A stretch of 64,000 nt of DNA from an uncultured Gammaproteobacteria bacterium (GCA_964453605.1 CAYVOI010000001.1:484095-548094), one strand, 5' to 3'; positions 8,719-19,223 are shown, numbered from the stretch's first letter. Notes: generated from the sequence alone by a model not told the origin. Made by a program: numbers and translations.

Positions 8719-9776
8719 GCCTGACTACCCACCGTGTACCCTGGCGTTGCGCCTTGGCGCTGTGCCTCACTGCCCTCGCGGGGGCGGGTTGCAGCGTGAG
8801 CTTTCGGGCGCAACCGGCTGATGGTGGTGTGTTCAGGTCAGCCGATCATGGCACCACCTGGCAGCAGACCGTGTTCGTGAGTAGGACCAAAGACAAGCTC
8901 GCTACCATTGGTGGCTTAGGCATTACCGAACTCCAGTTCTCGCCCCTCAACAGCTCAGTGCTCTACGCTGCGGCGGCTGAGGGCCGGCTCTACCGCAGTG
9001 AGAATAGGGCAGACCAGTGGACCAGAATTTTTAACGGCGAGGTGCGCTCCTTTGCACCCCACCCCACCGAGGCTTCGCACCTCTACCTCACCTCCCAGAA
9101 CCAGATTCTAGAGACAACTGACGGCGGCGCTACCTGGCAGGTTATCTACATTGAGGGTACAGTGGTCGCGCACATGAATACTATTGCCATCGACCGACAA
9201 AACCCTAAGGTACTCTACGCTGGTACTAGCCAGGGCTTGCTGCTCCGGAGTGTCGATGGCGGCAAGACGTGGCGGCTCCACCACACCTTTGAGCACCAGA
9301 ACATCAAGCGTATTGTGGTGAACCCTCACGACGGAAAAATTATGTACGTCGTATTTGGTTCAGGGGCGCTCTGGCGCTCGGCCGACGCTGGCAGCACCTG
9401 GGAAGACCTCACGGCTCGCCTGCGCGAGGTGCTGCAGCTCGAACCCGGTCCTGTGAAAGACCTGACCTTGCTGCCTAACCAGCCTGATGGCGTACTGCTC
9501 GCCACTCAGTACGGGCTCTTCCGTAGCTTTACCGGTGGTGGCTCGTGGGAGAACATTAAGCTGGTGACTGCACCCAACGCCGTTATCCTCAGTGCGCTGG
9601 GTGTCAGCCCTACCAACGAGCAGGCTATGTACTACAGCGCCGACGGAGCGTTCTACCGTACGACAGACAGCGGTAAGACGTGGCAGACCGTACCCCTACC
9701 GTCGCCACATCCAGCCACCAGCTTAGCTATCGAACCTAAAGCTGGCGCTGCCTTCTACCTCGGGTTTGCCTATTAA
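8715..9776 (+). CDS. Lipoprotein with BNR/Asp-box repeats (YCF48-like beta-propeller)
   Basis: Lipobox-like LAGAGC; repeated S/T-x-D-x-G-x-T/S-W; ATG overlaps the holB stop. Confidence 0.8.
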   Translation: MSLTTHRVPWRCALALCLTALAGAGCSVSFRAQPADGGVFRSADHGTTWQQTVFVSRTKDKLATIGGLGITELQFSPLNSSVLYAAAAEGRLYRSENRADQWTRIFNGEVRSFAPHPTEASHLYLTSQNQILETTDGGATWQVIYIEGTVVAHMNTIAIDRQNPKVLYAGTSQGLLLRSVDGGKTWRLHHTFEHQNIKRIVVNPHDGKIMYVVFGSGALWRSADAGSTWEDLTARLREVLQLEPGPVKDLTLLPNQPDGVLLATQYGLFRSFTGGGSWENIKLVTAPNAVILSALGVSPTNEQAMYYSADGAFYRTTDSGKTWQTVPLPSPHPATSLAIEPKAGAAFYLGFAY

Positions 9777-9786
9777 CCTTTAGCGT

Positions 9787-10341
9787 ATGAACCAACACCT
9801 CGAGTTAGCTAAGCCCAAGTTTGCCAAAACGCTTGAACACTTTAAGGCTGAACTTGCTACCGTGCGTTCCGGGCGGGCTACCCCGTCTTTAGTGGAGCAC
9901 GTTAAAGTAGAAGCCTACGGCACGCTGACGCCGCTCATTGAGCTGGCCTCTATAACTGCACCCGAGCCAAAACTGGTGGTGGTGAGCCCGTGGGACAAGA
10001 ACATACTGAAAGATGTAGAGCGGGCGCTCCAGGCTGCTAACTTAGGCATGTCGCCGGTGGTAGATGGCACTATCATCCGTTTGAACCTGCCGGCGCTTAC
10101 TGAAGAACGCCGGCGTGAACTGGTAAAGCTGGTTAACGCTAAACATGAAGAAGCCAAGGGCACCATTCGGCGGGTGCGGGAAGACGTGCTTAAAGGTTTT
10201 AAAGACCAGAAAACCGATGGCAAGCTTCCTGAGGACGAGTTCTTTATGGTGCAGAAAGATCTCCAAAAGCTAGTGGACGAAATCAACACTCAGCTCAAAC
10301 AGCTGGCGGACGGCAAGGAAAAAGAGGTCATGACCATTTAG
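9787..10341 (+). CDS. frr: Ribosome recycling factor
   Basis: RSGRATPSLVE, YGTLTPL, PALTEERRRELVK, KEKEVMTI. Confidence 0.95.
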   Translation: MNQHLELAKPKFAKTLEHFKAELATVRSGRATPSLVEHVKVEAYGTLTPLIELASITAPEPKLVVVSPWDKNILKDVERALQAANLGMSPVVDGTIIRLNLPALTEERRRELVKLVNAKHEEAKGTIRRVREDVLKGFKDQKTDGKLPEDEFFMVQKDLQKLVDEINTQLKQLADGKEKEVMTI

Positions 10342-10350
10342 GCTAGCAGC

Positions 10351-11451
10351 ATGGTGGTAACTATCTTGAGCTTCATAGCGCTCCTGGCGCTCCTGGTCCT
10401 GGCACACGAGTGGGGCCACTTTTTTGCTGCCCGCCGCTTAGGCGTGGGGGTAGAGGAGTTTGGTTTTGGTTTTCCACCGCGTATTGCAGGGTTCCGACGT
10501 GGCCAAACAACCTATACCGTAAACTGGGTACCCTTAGGCGGGTTTGTGAAGCTTAAAGGGGAGGCTGGTGGCGAACGCACAGCGGATAGTTTTGTAGTTC
10601 AGCCAGCCTGGCGCCGAGCAGTTATTCTGGTGGCAGGGGTGTTCATGAACGTGCTGTTGGCAGCCGCGCTCTTGGCGGTCGGGTTTATGGTTGGTTTCCC
10701 TGCCGTCCTGAGCGAAAACCAGGCTACACAGGCACGTAACGTACAGTTTGAGGTGGTCTCGGTAGCTCCTAGCTCTCCAGCTGCCCAGGCTGGGCTTCAG
10801 GCAGGGGATACCCTACTGACGGTTGATGGTAGGACCTTCCAGAGCGTGTCAGATTTTCAAGCGTACGTGGCAGTTCACAGGGCAAAGCCCGTAGGGGTTA
10901 CCTACCTCCATAACGGTAGTACCAAAACAGCCCAGCTGACGCCGCAGTCGCTCCCAGAAACCAATGGTCGCCCGGTGCTTGGTGTTGGATTACTGCCAAC
11001 AGGCATTATCACCTACCCGTGGTACCAGGCGCTTGGTAGAGGCGCTGCAGAAACTTGGCGTTTGGGCCGGGAGATTCTAGCGGCTTTCGGTAACCTGTTC
11101 CAAAACCTAATAGTACACCACGAGGTACCACAAAACGTAGCTGGGCCAATTGGCATTGCTGTAATCACCGGGCAAGTGGCACGTTTAGGTTTTATCTACC
11201 TTCTGCAATTTGCCGCTCTACTCTCACTCAATTTAGCCATCATAAACATTTTCCCATTCCCCGCGCTCGACGGTGGCAGGCTGCTCTTTGTTATCATAGA
11301 AAAGCTCCGGCGTAAGCCCAACAACGAGCGCGTGGTAGCTATTGTTCACCAAATCGGGTTTACCGTGCTAATTGCCCTCGTGCTCTTGGTAACCTACCGT
11401 GACGTGGCACGTTTGAGTGGAGATTTTTTTACGCGGCTCTGGGGCGCGTAA
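10351..11451 (+). CDS. rseP: RIP metalloprotease RseP (M50) with PDZ domain
   Basis: HEWGH, FGFGFPP, PLGGFVK, PDZ SPAAQAGLQAGD, NIFPFPALDGGR. Confidence 0.92.
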   Translation: MVVTILSFIALLALLVLAHEWGHFFAARRLGVGVEEFGFGFPPRIAGFRRGQTTYTVNWVPLGGFVKLKGEAGGERTADSFVVQPAWRRAVILVAGVFMNVLLAAALLAVGFMVGFPAVLSENQATQARNVQFEVVSVAPSSPAAQAGLQAGDTLLTVDGRTFQSVSDFQAYVAVHRAKPVGVTYLHNGSTKTAQLTPQSLPETNGRPVLGVGLLPTGIITYPWYQALGRGAAETWRLGREILAAFGNLFQNLIVHHEVPQNVAGPIGIAVITGQVARLGFIYLLQFAALLSLNLAIINIFPFPALDGGRLLFVIIEKLRRKPNNERVVAIVHQIGFTVLIALVLLVTYRDVARLSGDFFTRLWGA

Positions 11452-11467
11452 ATCTACAAAGCATAAT

Positions 11468-13168
11468 CTAAGGGTTGTGGCGGCCGGCGTAGTGGAGCTC
11501 CAGCTCACGTAGGTGCTTTTGCTTATCCACCAGGAGCCGGTTGTGGTTTAGGTCCATTTGTCGGAGCAGGAGGCTCACGTGTTCACTCCCTAGGTAGTGG
11601 GGGAAAATCACATAGTCAGCGCCAGCGGCGTAGAGGTCACGGCAATCGTGCCAGGTTACCGCCGTTACGTAGACCGGGGTTTTAAGGCCTTGGTTTCTTA
11701 TGTTTTTAAGGAGTAGTAGGTTATCAGCTACGTCAGAGTTAGTAGAGATAACCATAGCGGCCTCAGGCACCCGAGCATGAGTGAGAATATCCACATCAGT
11801 CATGTCGCCGTAAAGGCAAGGTTTAGCCTGGGCAGTTAAACGGCTAATGACCGAGGGGTTAAAATCTATAACCAGCGTAGGCTTGTGCAGCTCCTCGAGT
11901 GTAATGAGCAGCCGTTCGCCCAAACGGTGGTAGCCAATCAAAACCACGTGGTTCGAAATGGCACCCGCGGTCTGTTCGGGTACGCCTCCGGCACCACCAC
12001 GCTCAAACCAAGAGAGCATAGGCTTAAGCCAGCGGTAGAACGTTTCGGCATGTGAAATGGTGAACGACATTACAGTGATGGTAACAGCCCCGACTGCCGT
12101 TACCAAAGCCACCTCATTGGGGGTTACCTGCCCCAAGCGTAAACCCATGCCCATAACAATGAACGAGAACTCAGAAATCATACCTACCGTAAGCCCCACC
12201 ATAAAGCTCGTACGCTTGCGGTAGCCTAAACTGCCCATCAGCGCCAGCACAATAAGGGGGTTGCCAACCAGCACAAACAGTACCAGCGCCCAGAAGAGCG
12301 GCTGATTGCTACCCAACCCCGCAAAGCTTAATTGGCTACCCAGGGCAATAAAAAACAAGGTAATAAAGAAATCTCGAAGGCTTCTCATGCGCGCCGAAAT
12401 TTCTAAGTTGTAGGGGAGTGAAGCCAAGCTCACCCCAGCTAGAAACGCGCCAATTTCAACTGAGAACCCGAGCGACAGGCTATTGAGCGCCACCACCAAA
12501 CACCAAGACAACGCCGCTAGTAACAGGAGTTCGGGTGAGCGTGCCAGTTTGGTGAACAGCGCAGGGAGTAATAAGCGGCTGACGATGAACGTACTTAAAA
12601 TCAGCAGTAACCCGCGCCCCAGAGCCTCAAATGCACCGCCAGCGCTCCAAACGTTCGTAGCCGCAGCGGAAGAGAGCACAATGAGTATCAGTATGGCTAC
12701 TGCGTCCTGCAGCAGCAGCATGCTTAAGGTAAGCCTGCCGGATAGGGAATCAAGTTCGTTGCGCTCAGCCAGAAGCTTGATAACAATAATGGTACTGGAG
12801 AAGGCCAAGCTCAAAGACACGTACCAGGCAGCAATGTTCCCCAGGCCGAATGAACGTACGAGCAGGTAACCTATAGCGGCAGTCAGGAGCACCTGACCCA
12901 GGCCAACAAGTGGCGCAGAGCGCCCCAGGGCTTTAAGCCTATTGAGGTCAAGCTCAATGCCTACCAAGAACAGTAGAAATGCAATGCCGAAGGTGGAAAG
13001 CGTGCTGAGTAAGGTGCCAACCGGAATCAAGTTCAGTGCACTGGGACCTAAAACCACGCCGACCAAGAGGTACGCTAGGACCGTAGGTTGTTTCAGGTGG
13101 TGAAACACAATCGCCACTGCCGTGGCCAGAACAATCAGCAGGCTGAGCTGGAAAAATGTGTCCCCCAT
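11468..13168 (-). CDS. Cation:proton antiporter (CPA2/Kef-like) with C-terminal TrkA-N domain
   Basis: FLLFLVGIEL, SSTIIVIK, LLLQD, GAFLAG, HVVLIGYHRLG, YGDMTD. Confidence 0.88.
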   Translation of the reverse strand: MGDTFFQLSLLIVLATAVAIVFHHLKQPTVLAYLLVGVVLGPSALNLIPVGTLLSTLSTFGIAFLLFLVGIELDLNRLKALGRSAPLVGLGQVLLTAAIGYLLVRSFGLGNIAAWYVSLSLAFSSTIIVIKLLAERNELDSLSGRLTLSMLLLQDAVAILILIVLSSAAATNVWSAGGAFEALGRGLLLILSTFIVSRLLLPALFTKLARSPELLLLAALSWCLVVALNSLSLGFSVEIGAFLAGVSLASLPYNLEISARMRSLRDFFITLFFIALGSQLSFAGLGSNQPLFWALVLFVLVGNPLIVLALMGSLGYRKRTSFMVGLTVGMISEFSFIVMGMGLRLGQVTPNEVALVTAVGAVTITVMSFTISHAETFYRWLKPMLSWFERGGAGGVPEQTAGAISNHVVLIGYHRLGERLLITLEELHKPTLVIDFNPSVISRLTAQAKPCLYGDMTDVDILTHARVPEAAMVISTNSDVADNLLLLKNIRNQGLKTPVYVTAVTWHDCRDLYAAGADYVIFPHYLGSEHVSLLLRQMDLNHNRLLVDKQKHLRELELHYAGRHNP

Positions 13169-13204
13169 AGTACCTGCCAGTATAGCATAGGCTACGCTAT
13201 TTTA

Positions 13205-13233
13205 TTGAAATTGTGTTCCATTTATGGTATACT
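13205..13233 (+). promoter_or_regulatory. Sigma70-type promoter
   Basis: TTGAAA-N17-TATACT with extended TG. Confidence 0.6.
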
Positions 13234-13247
13234 GGTCGTACTCTAGT

Positions 13248-13700
13248 ATGCCAGAAATACAACCACGAGCACCAGAACGTGGCTTGCCCGCCCCAGAAGC
13301 CTTGCCTGAGAAATTTGAGCAGCAAAGCCCAGAGGGCAGCAAACCGCCGCAGCCCAAGGCTGCGGCTCAGGCTACGGAAGTTGCCCTGCCTACAGCGCCC
13401 GCTGCGCCCCCGACCCAAGCTCGTAGCTTAAGCCCGCTAGAGCGTCGCATAGAAGACGTTTTGGCTGATGGGCTAGAGGATTTTTATCGAAGTTTGAATC
13501 CAAGAGAACAAGAGGCGTTTAGGCGTAAGGGTGAAGAAACTGCCGTAGCTATTAGTACGTTGTTAGGGCAGTTCAAGGTCAAGCTGAGTGAGATATTAAA
13601 CCTGATTCGCGAGTGGCTGCAGAGCATTCCAGGGCTCAACCGCTATTTTGTGGAGCAGACCGCCAAGATAAAAGCCGATAGGGTGCTGAAGCTTAAGTAA
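13248..13700 (+). CDS. Hypothetical protein, Pro/Ala-rich N-terminus, helical C-terminus
   Basis: Start chosen downstream of the predicted promoter; precedes the ATPase gene by 8 nt. Confidence 0.7.
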   Translation: MPEIQPRAPERGLPAPEALPEKFEQQSPEGSKPPQPKAAAQATEVALPTAPAAPPTQARSLSPLERRIEDVLADGLEDFYRSLNPREQEAFRRKGEETAVAISTLLGQFKVKLSEILNLIREWLQSIPGLNRYFVEQTAKIKADRVLKLK

Positions 13701-13708
13701 CTTTCCCT

Positions 13709-16216
13709 GTGCCCGCACTACCTAGTATTCCGTTTTTGACTAGCCCACTACTCTGGGTGTTTCTGCTCGTAGCCGCCTTAGTCGTAGGGGCTCTGTTTAT
13801 AGCGCGTTGGTTTTGGCATCGCTTGGTGGCCGTGCAGGCTAGTTTAGGTATGTCGGTACTCTTGGTGCGCGTTCCCCGCGAGAGTGGGAACTTAAGCGCG
13901 GACAAAGAGCGCGTTACCCAGAACAGCCTCCAAGAACAGATTGGCGTAGCTGAAGTACTGTGGTCGGCGGTGGGGGGCCTCAGGGCTCAACACGGAGTAG
14001 TCGCTTGGTTTAAGGGTCGCACGGACCACCTGTCGCTCGAGTTGGTGGCACACGGCGGGCTCATTTCCTACTACCTGGCTGTGCCGCAAGCCTTACGAAC
14101 GTTTGTGGAACAACAAGTACTCGCCCAGTACCCGCACGCGACCTTAGAGGAAGTTCCCGACTACAACATTTTCCCACCGCGGGGTGTTACCGCGGCGGCC
14201 GGGTTAAAGTTTAGCCGTTCTGGCGCTTTCCCCCTTAAAACCTATAAGCAGTTTGAAAGCGACCCGCTTAACGCTATCACGAACACCTTAGCTAAGGTCG
14301 CGCCGGCTGATGGTGCCGCGGTCCAGTTGGTAGTGCGTTCGGCGCCGGCTTCGTGGCGCCGTAACGGCGTGGAGCTGGCTTCGCGCATGCAGCAGGGCAA
14401 GTCCCTGGACGAAGCCCAGAGCAGAGGTTTCAGTAAGCTGATGAGGGACTTTGTACCTTCAAACAAACACCATGATAAAACCAAGGGCGCCACCAAAGAA
14501 CCACACAAGCTCTCGCCCTTAGAAGAGGAGATGATCAAAGGAATCGAGCAGAAAGCCTCCAAAGCCGGGCTGGACGTTACCTGCCGTGTGGTAGCTTCAG
14601 GCCCAACCAAAGAACAGGCGCAGCAGAACTTATCTAACCTGATGAACTCGTTTGGCCAGTTTAACATTTACCAGTACGGTAACCGTTTGGTACCAGTGCA
14701 CCCCGGAAACCTGGACCGGTTCTTGTATGGGTTTATCCATCGTACCTTTGACGAACGCCATAAGCTGCTCCTCAACGCGGAGGAACTGGCAAGCTTTTAC
14801 CACTTTCCTCTGCCGACCAGCGAGACGCCGAACGTACGCTGGCTAGCAGCTAAGCGAGCCGAGGCCCCTGTGAATATTCCAACTGAGGGGTTGGTACTAG
14901 GTAGTAGTTCGTACCGTGGTGTTACTACCACTATTCGCATTAAACCTGAGGACCGTAGGCGCCACGTGTACATTGTTGGTAAGTCTGGTACTGGTAAGTC
15001 AGTGTTACTTGAGAACATGATTATTCAAGATGTGAAAGAGGGGAGAGGGGTAGGCGTGGTCGACCCTCATGGTGACCTAGTGGAACACATTTTGGCGAAC
15101 GTACCCGCCGCCCGAGCCGAGGACATAATTGTATTCGACCCATCTGACACGGAACGCCCCATGGGCCTTAACATGCTGGAGTACCACGACGAGGCCCAGA
15201 AAGACTTTGCCGTGCAAGAGATGATAGCCATTTTCTACAAACTGTTCCCGCCGGAAATGGTAGGGCCCATGTTTGAGCACAACATGCGGAACGTCATGCT
15301 GACCTTGATGGCCGACACCGAACACCCTGGCACTATTGCCGACATCCCCCGCATGTTCACCGACCCTGCCTTCCAGAAGTACAAGGTGGCTAAGCTCAAA
15401 GACCCGGTGGTACGGGCGTTCTGGGAAAAGGAGATGGCTAAGACCTCGGACTTTCATAAGTCAGAGATGCTGGGGTACCTTATTTCTAAGGTTGGGCGTT
15501 TTGTGGAGAACGAGATGATGCGCAACATTATTGGTCAGCCTAAGAGTGGATTTGATTTCCGTGAAGTTATGGACAAAGGCAAGGTGCTGCTCGTCAACCT
15601 CTCTAAAGGGAAGACAGGCGAGGTCAACTCTTCGCTGTTGGGGCTCATTATTGTCTCTAAGCTCCAAATGGCTGCCATGGCCAGGGCAGAGCTGCCTGAG
15701 AGCGAACGCAAGGACTTTTACCTCTACATAGACGAGTTCCAGAATTTTATTACCGATTCAATTTCGACCATTCTCTCCGAAGCTCGCAAGTACCGCCTTA
15801 ACCTGACCATTGCTCACCAGTACCTGGGACAACTCGTGCAAGAGGGGAACAACACCAAGATACGTGACGCCGTGATGGGTACCACCGGAACCATGATCGC
15901 CTTTAAAATAGGCGCGGAGGATGCTGACGCACTAGCCAAGGAGTTTGCGCCCGTGTTTACGGCCTATGACCTCATAAACATTGAGCAGTACAACGCCTAC
16001 GTTAAGCTGCTCATTGATAACGCCGCCTCCCGCCCGTTCAATATGCAAACCCTGCCCCCGAACCCCGGAGTACCTGAGCTTGCGCAAAAGCTCAAGGCGC
16101 TGTCCCGTGCTCGCTATGGGCGTCCCAGGGCTGAGGTACAAGCAGATATAATGGCCCGTACACGCCTTGGTGAGCCCTCAACACAAGCAACGGTGGCTCC
16201 TGAAGCTACACGCTAG
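13709..16216 (+). CDS. TraD/VirD4/TrwB-like (type IV coupling/HerA-like) membrane ATPase
   Basis: N-terminal TM; DRRRHVYIVGKSGTGKS, VVDPHGDL, LYIDEFQNF, LSEARKYRL..AHQY. Confidence 0.85.
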   Translation: MPALPSIPFLTSPLLWVFLLVAALVVGALFIARWFWHRLVAVQASLGMSVLLVRVPRESGNLSADKERVTQNSLQEQIGVAEVLWSAVGGLRAQHGVVAWFKGRTDHLSLELVAHGGLISYYLAVPQALRTFVEQQVLAQYPHATLEEVPDYNIFPPRGVTAAAGLKFSRSGAFPLKTYKQFESDPLNAITNTLAKVAPADGAAVQLVVRSAPASWRRNGVELASRMQQGKSLDEAQSRGFSKLMRDFVPSNKHHDKTKGATKEPHKLSPLEEEMIKGIEQKASKAGLDVTCRVVASGPTKEQAQQNLSNLMNSFGQFNIYQYGNRLVPVHPGNLDRFLYGFIHRTFDERHKLLLNAEELASFYHFPLPTSETPNVRWLAAKRAEAPVNIPTEGLVLGSSSYRGVTTTIRIKPEDRRRHVYIVGKSGTGKSVLLENMIIQDVKEGRGVGVVDPHGDLVEHILANVPAARAEDIIVFDPSDTERPMGLNMLEYHDEAQKDFAVQEMIAIFYKLFPPEMVGPMFEHNMRNVMLTLMADTEHPGTIADIPRMFTDPAFQKYKVAKLKDPVVRAFWEKEMAKTSDFHKSEMLGYLISKVGRFVENEMMRNIIGQPKSGFDFREVMDKGKVLLVNLSKGKTGEVNSSLLGLIIVSKLQMAAMARAELPESERKDFYLYIDEFQNFITDSISTILSEARKYRLNLTIAHQYLGQLVQEGNNTKIRDAVMGTTGTMIAFKIGAEDADALAKEFAPVFTAYDLINIEQYNAYVKLLIDNAASRPFNMQTLPPNPGVPELAQKLKALSRARYGRPRAEVQADIMARTRLGEPSTQATVAPEATR

Positions 16217-16225
16217 GGTAGCGTT

Positions 16226-16765
16226 ATGGCACCAGGTATTCTACTACTGGCCCTCTTTGTGATGGTGCTGGCTACCTTTGGTACGCTGGCCTATGGGGCG
16301 CTATCGGCGGCACCCTGGGTGCCTTTAGGCAAACGTGACACCGACCGCCTATTGCACCTGGCACAACTTAAGCCTGGTGAGGTGCTCTACGATTTAGGCT
16401 GTGGTGACGGTAGGTTGGTGGTAGCGGCAGCTAAGGTATACGGCGTTAAGGCTGTGGGGTTTGAAATCGCACTTCTGCCCTACCTATTCGCAAAACTTAG
16501 AGTCCTGCTTAGCGGTACTAGTACACTTGTTACCATACGGTATAAAGATTTTTGGCAGGAGAACTTCCGCACCGCTGATGCTGTGGTTTGTTTCCTCACG
16601 CCGTACGCGCTCAAGAAACTCGAACAAAAAATTCCCGCCGAGCTTAAACCGGGCGCTCGCTTTGTGTCCTATGCCTTTAAGCTTAAACCCGTAGCACCAA
16701 CCCTTACGAGTAAACCTTACCCTACGGCAACTCCCATTTACCTGTACACTAAAATTGTGCAGTAG
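16226..16765 (+). CDS. Membrane-anchored class I SAM-dependent methyltransferase
   Basis: N-terminal TM, APWVP, YDLGCGDGR, ELKPGARFVSYAF. Confidence 0.85.
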   Translation: MAPGILLLALFVMVLATFGTLAYGALSAAPWVPLGKRDTDRLLHLAQLKPGEVLYDLGCGDGRLVVAAAKVYGVKAVGFEIALLPYLFAKLRVLLSGTSTLVTIRYKDFWQENFRTADAVVCFLTPYALKKLEQKIPAELKPGARFVSYAFKLKPVAPTLTSKPYPTATPIYLYTKIVQ

Positions 16766-16895
16766 GGTAGAGCTTGTGGATAGTTTTGAGTTGACCCGCC
16801 CACTGGCCTCTCGCTATACTGTGGGGTAGGTAACACAACCTAAATGCTAAAAGCCCTGGGGCCCCTGCCCAGTGACACCAAAGGAAAACACACGT

Positions 16896-17627
16896 ATGCC
16901 AAATGACAGTAAACTTTCACTCGTGTACCAGTTGGTTGAGGCCGCGCGCAACAACCTTGAAACTGCTACACAGCTTTTAAGTTCCCTGGGCGCTGGTAGC
17001 GACGGTACGCCTTCTGCATCCATGAAAGCCCACCCAGGTGGTAGTGTACAGCACACGGAGGCAGGCGCGGTTATTATTGAGGGCGTGTTCGACGGGCAGA
17101 ACATGGTTGGCCCAGACGGTAAACTCTATAGCGTGCCAGCTAACTACGCTTCAAAATCCAAACTGGTTGAGGGTGACCTCTTGAAACTGACCATTAGCCC
17201 TGACGGATCATTTATCTATAAACAGATTGGCCCGGTTGAACGCGACCGGGTGGTCGGCGTGCTGGCGCATGATGACGAAACTGACGAGTACCGTGTTCTC
17301 GCCAAAGGCAAATTCTACAAAATACTGCTCGCCAGTGTAACCTACTTTAAAGCCGACGTCGGGGACGAAGTGGTGGTACTGGTGCCTAAGGGCACCACCT
17401 CATCGTGGGCAGCTGTGGAAAACGTTATGAAGAAGAACAGCCCCACGCCGCTAGCTACCATGTCTCCCGCGACTGCAACCCACACGGTAGCTATACCTGA
17501 GGCTACACCAGTAGCACCTATCCGCCGCGGCCCGGGCCGGCCACGTAAGAACCCGGTGGCCCCTACCGCAGCCAAGGCAGAGGGCACATCGGCGCAGCCT
17601 GCCCCGCCACCGGGTATTGATTTCTAA
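16896..17627 (+). CDS. Hypothetical protein with C-terminal AT-hook-like motif
   Basis: IIEGVFDGQNM..YSVPANYASKSKLVEGD core; tail RRGPGRPRK; upstream TTGACC-N18-TATACT. Confidence 0.7.
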   Translation: MPNDSKLSLVYQLVEAARNNLETATQLLSSLGAGSDGTPSASMKAHPGGSVQHTEAGAVIIEGVFDGQNMVGPDGKLYSVPANYASKSKLVEGDLLKLTISPDGSFIYKQIGPVERDRVVGVLAHDDETDEYRVLAKGKFYKILLASVTYFKADVGDEVVVLVPKGTTSSWAAVENVMKKNSPTPLATMSPATATHTVAIPEATPVAPIRRGPGRPRKNPVAPTAAKAEGTSAQPAPPPGIDF

Positions 17628-17714
17628 GCTTTTTCTAGGGCCAAAACCATCCGCCAATTGGCGGATGGTTTTGTATTGCCAGCGCAAGCTCCAGCGGCTA
17701 CAATGGAATGTACT

Positions 17715-19223
17715 ATGAGCCAAACGCTCTACCGTAAGTACCGCCCCCAAACCTTTGCCGAGGTGGTGGGGCAGCCCCACGTTACCACAACACTTGAGAA
17801 CCAGCTGAAGCGGGGAACCCTGGCCCACGCCTACCTGTTTTGTGGCATCCGCGGGGTGGGCAAGACCACCATGGCACGGCTCCTCGCCAAAGCTTTAAAC
17901 TGCACGGAGCGCGCGCCCGGCCAGGCCGAGCCCTGTGGCCACTGTGACTCTTGCCTGGCCATAGCCACTGGCCGCTCGCTCGATGTTATAGAAATTGACG
18001 CCGCCTCTAACCGTCGCATTGACGACGTCAGGCAGCTCCGCGAGCAGATACCAGTCGGCCCAGCCCACGCGCGCTACAAGGTAGTCATTGTAGATGAGGT
18101 CCACATGCTGACGGCCGAGGCCTTTAATGCCCTGCTCAAAACGTTAGAAGAGCCGCCGGCACACGTTATTTTTATCCTCGCCACCACGGAAGTCCACAAG
18201 GTGCCAGACACCATACTCTCACGGTGCCAGCGCTTTGACTTCCATAGGCTGGGCGCGGCTGACATTGTAGCCCGCCTGGGCAAGCTAGCTCAGGCTGAAG
18301 GCGTTACGGTGGCTGACGAGGTGCTTAGAGAAATTGCCTACCTAGCCGCCGGTTCATCACGTGATGCGGAAAGCTACCTGGGAAAACTCTTGGGCCTGGG
18401 GGAGAAGCACATCACCTCAGCGGTAGCCGCGGTGGTGCTGCCGCACTCAGACCTTAAAACTACCCTGGCGTTCATAGGTTTGGTGGTGCGGCGCCAGACG
18501 GCGGAAGCGCTTACCCTCTTGAACCGTTTCCTGGATGAAGGTGGCGAGGTGAACGCCTTCCACCGCCAGGTCCTTGAGCTCTTACGTAAGCTGCTGCTCA
18601 TGAAGCTGGGGGGTGGGTTGGGGAGCTACACTCACCTCGAGCTGACGGCGGCGGACGAGGCCGAGCTCACCGAGCTTACACTCCAAACTACCACGGCGCG
18701 TTTACAACACTGCGTACAGGCCTGGCTGGAGGCTGCCACGTCGCGCCGTTCAGGCGAGCTGTACCAGCTGCCGCTGGAACTCGCTACCGTGAGCATGTGC
18801 GAGCTACCCTACGACCACAGCCCTGCCCAAGCTACCGCGGCTGGTGCACCGGCAGCAGTAGCGGCGCCGGACCAACCTAGCTCGAACGTGCCTGGCGCGG
18901 GCCCAAGGCTTAATGCCATACTCGAGCGCTGGGGCCAGGTGGTGGCCAAGCTCCGGGAGTACAACCACTCACTGTCGTTCATCTTGAGTATCGCCCAGCC
19001 TACGCGCCTGGAAGGTAAAACCCTCACGGTGAGCTTTCAGTACAAGCTCCACCAGGAGCGCGTTAACGATCGTAAGGTGCGCAGTGCTATCGAAGCGACC
19101 CTGAAAGACGTACTGGGGCACGACTATGTGCTGCAGGCGGTGGTGGCAGCGTCACCTACCGTGGAACCTAGCGATGTGCTGTCGAGCGTCCTTACCACCT
19201 TTGGTGGCCAGGTGGCAGACTAG
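17715..19223 (+). CDS. dnaX: DNA polymerase III subunit gamma/tau
   Basis: LYRKYRPQTF, GIRGVGKTT, EIDAASN, DEVHML, FNALLKTLEEPP, TILSRCQRF. Confidence 0.95.
   Translation: MSQTLYRKYRPQTFAEVVGQPHVTTTLENQLKRGTLAHAYLFCGIRGVGKTTMARLLAKALNCTERAPGQAEPCGHCDSCLAIATGRSLDVIEIDAASNRRIDDVRQLREQIPVGPAHARYKVVIVDEVHMLTAEAFNALLKTLEEPPAHVIFILATTEVHKVPDTILSRCQRFDFHRLGAADIVARLGKLAQAEGVTVADEVLREIAYLAAGSSRDAESYLGKLLGLGEKHITSAVAAVVLPHSDLKTTLAFIGLVVRRQTAEALTLLNRFLDEGGEVNAFHRQVLELLRKLLLMKLGGGLGSYTHLELTAADEAELTELTLQTTTARLQHCVQAWLEAATSRRSGELYQLPLELATVSMCELPYDHSPAQATAAGAPAAVAAPDQPSSNVPGAGPRLNAILERWGQVVAKLREYNHSLSFILSIAQPTRLEGKTLTVSFQYKLHQERVNDRKVRSAIEATLKDVLGHDYVLQAVVAASPTVEPSDVLSSVLTTFGGQVAD

Noticed and set aside
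16775-16783. DnaA-box-like tgtggatag as a replication origin
   Set aside because: Single imperfect box, with no cluster or AT-rich unwinding element.
17715-19223. Programmed -1 frameshift in dnaX
   Set aside because: No A-AAA-AAG or long poly-A slippery site noticed; the frame is continuous.
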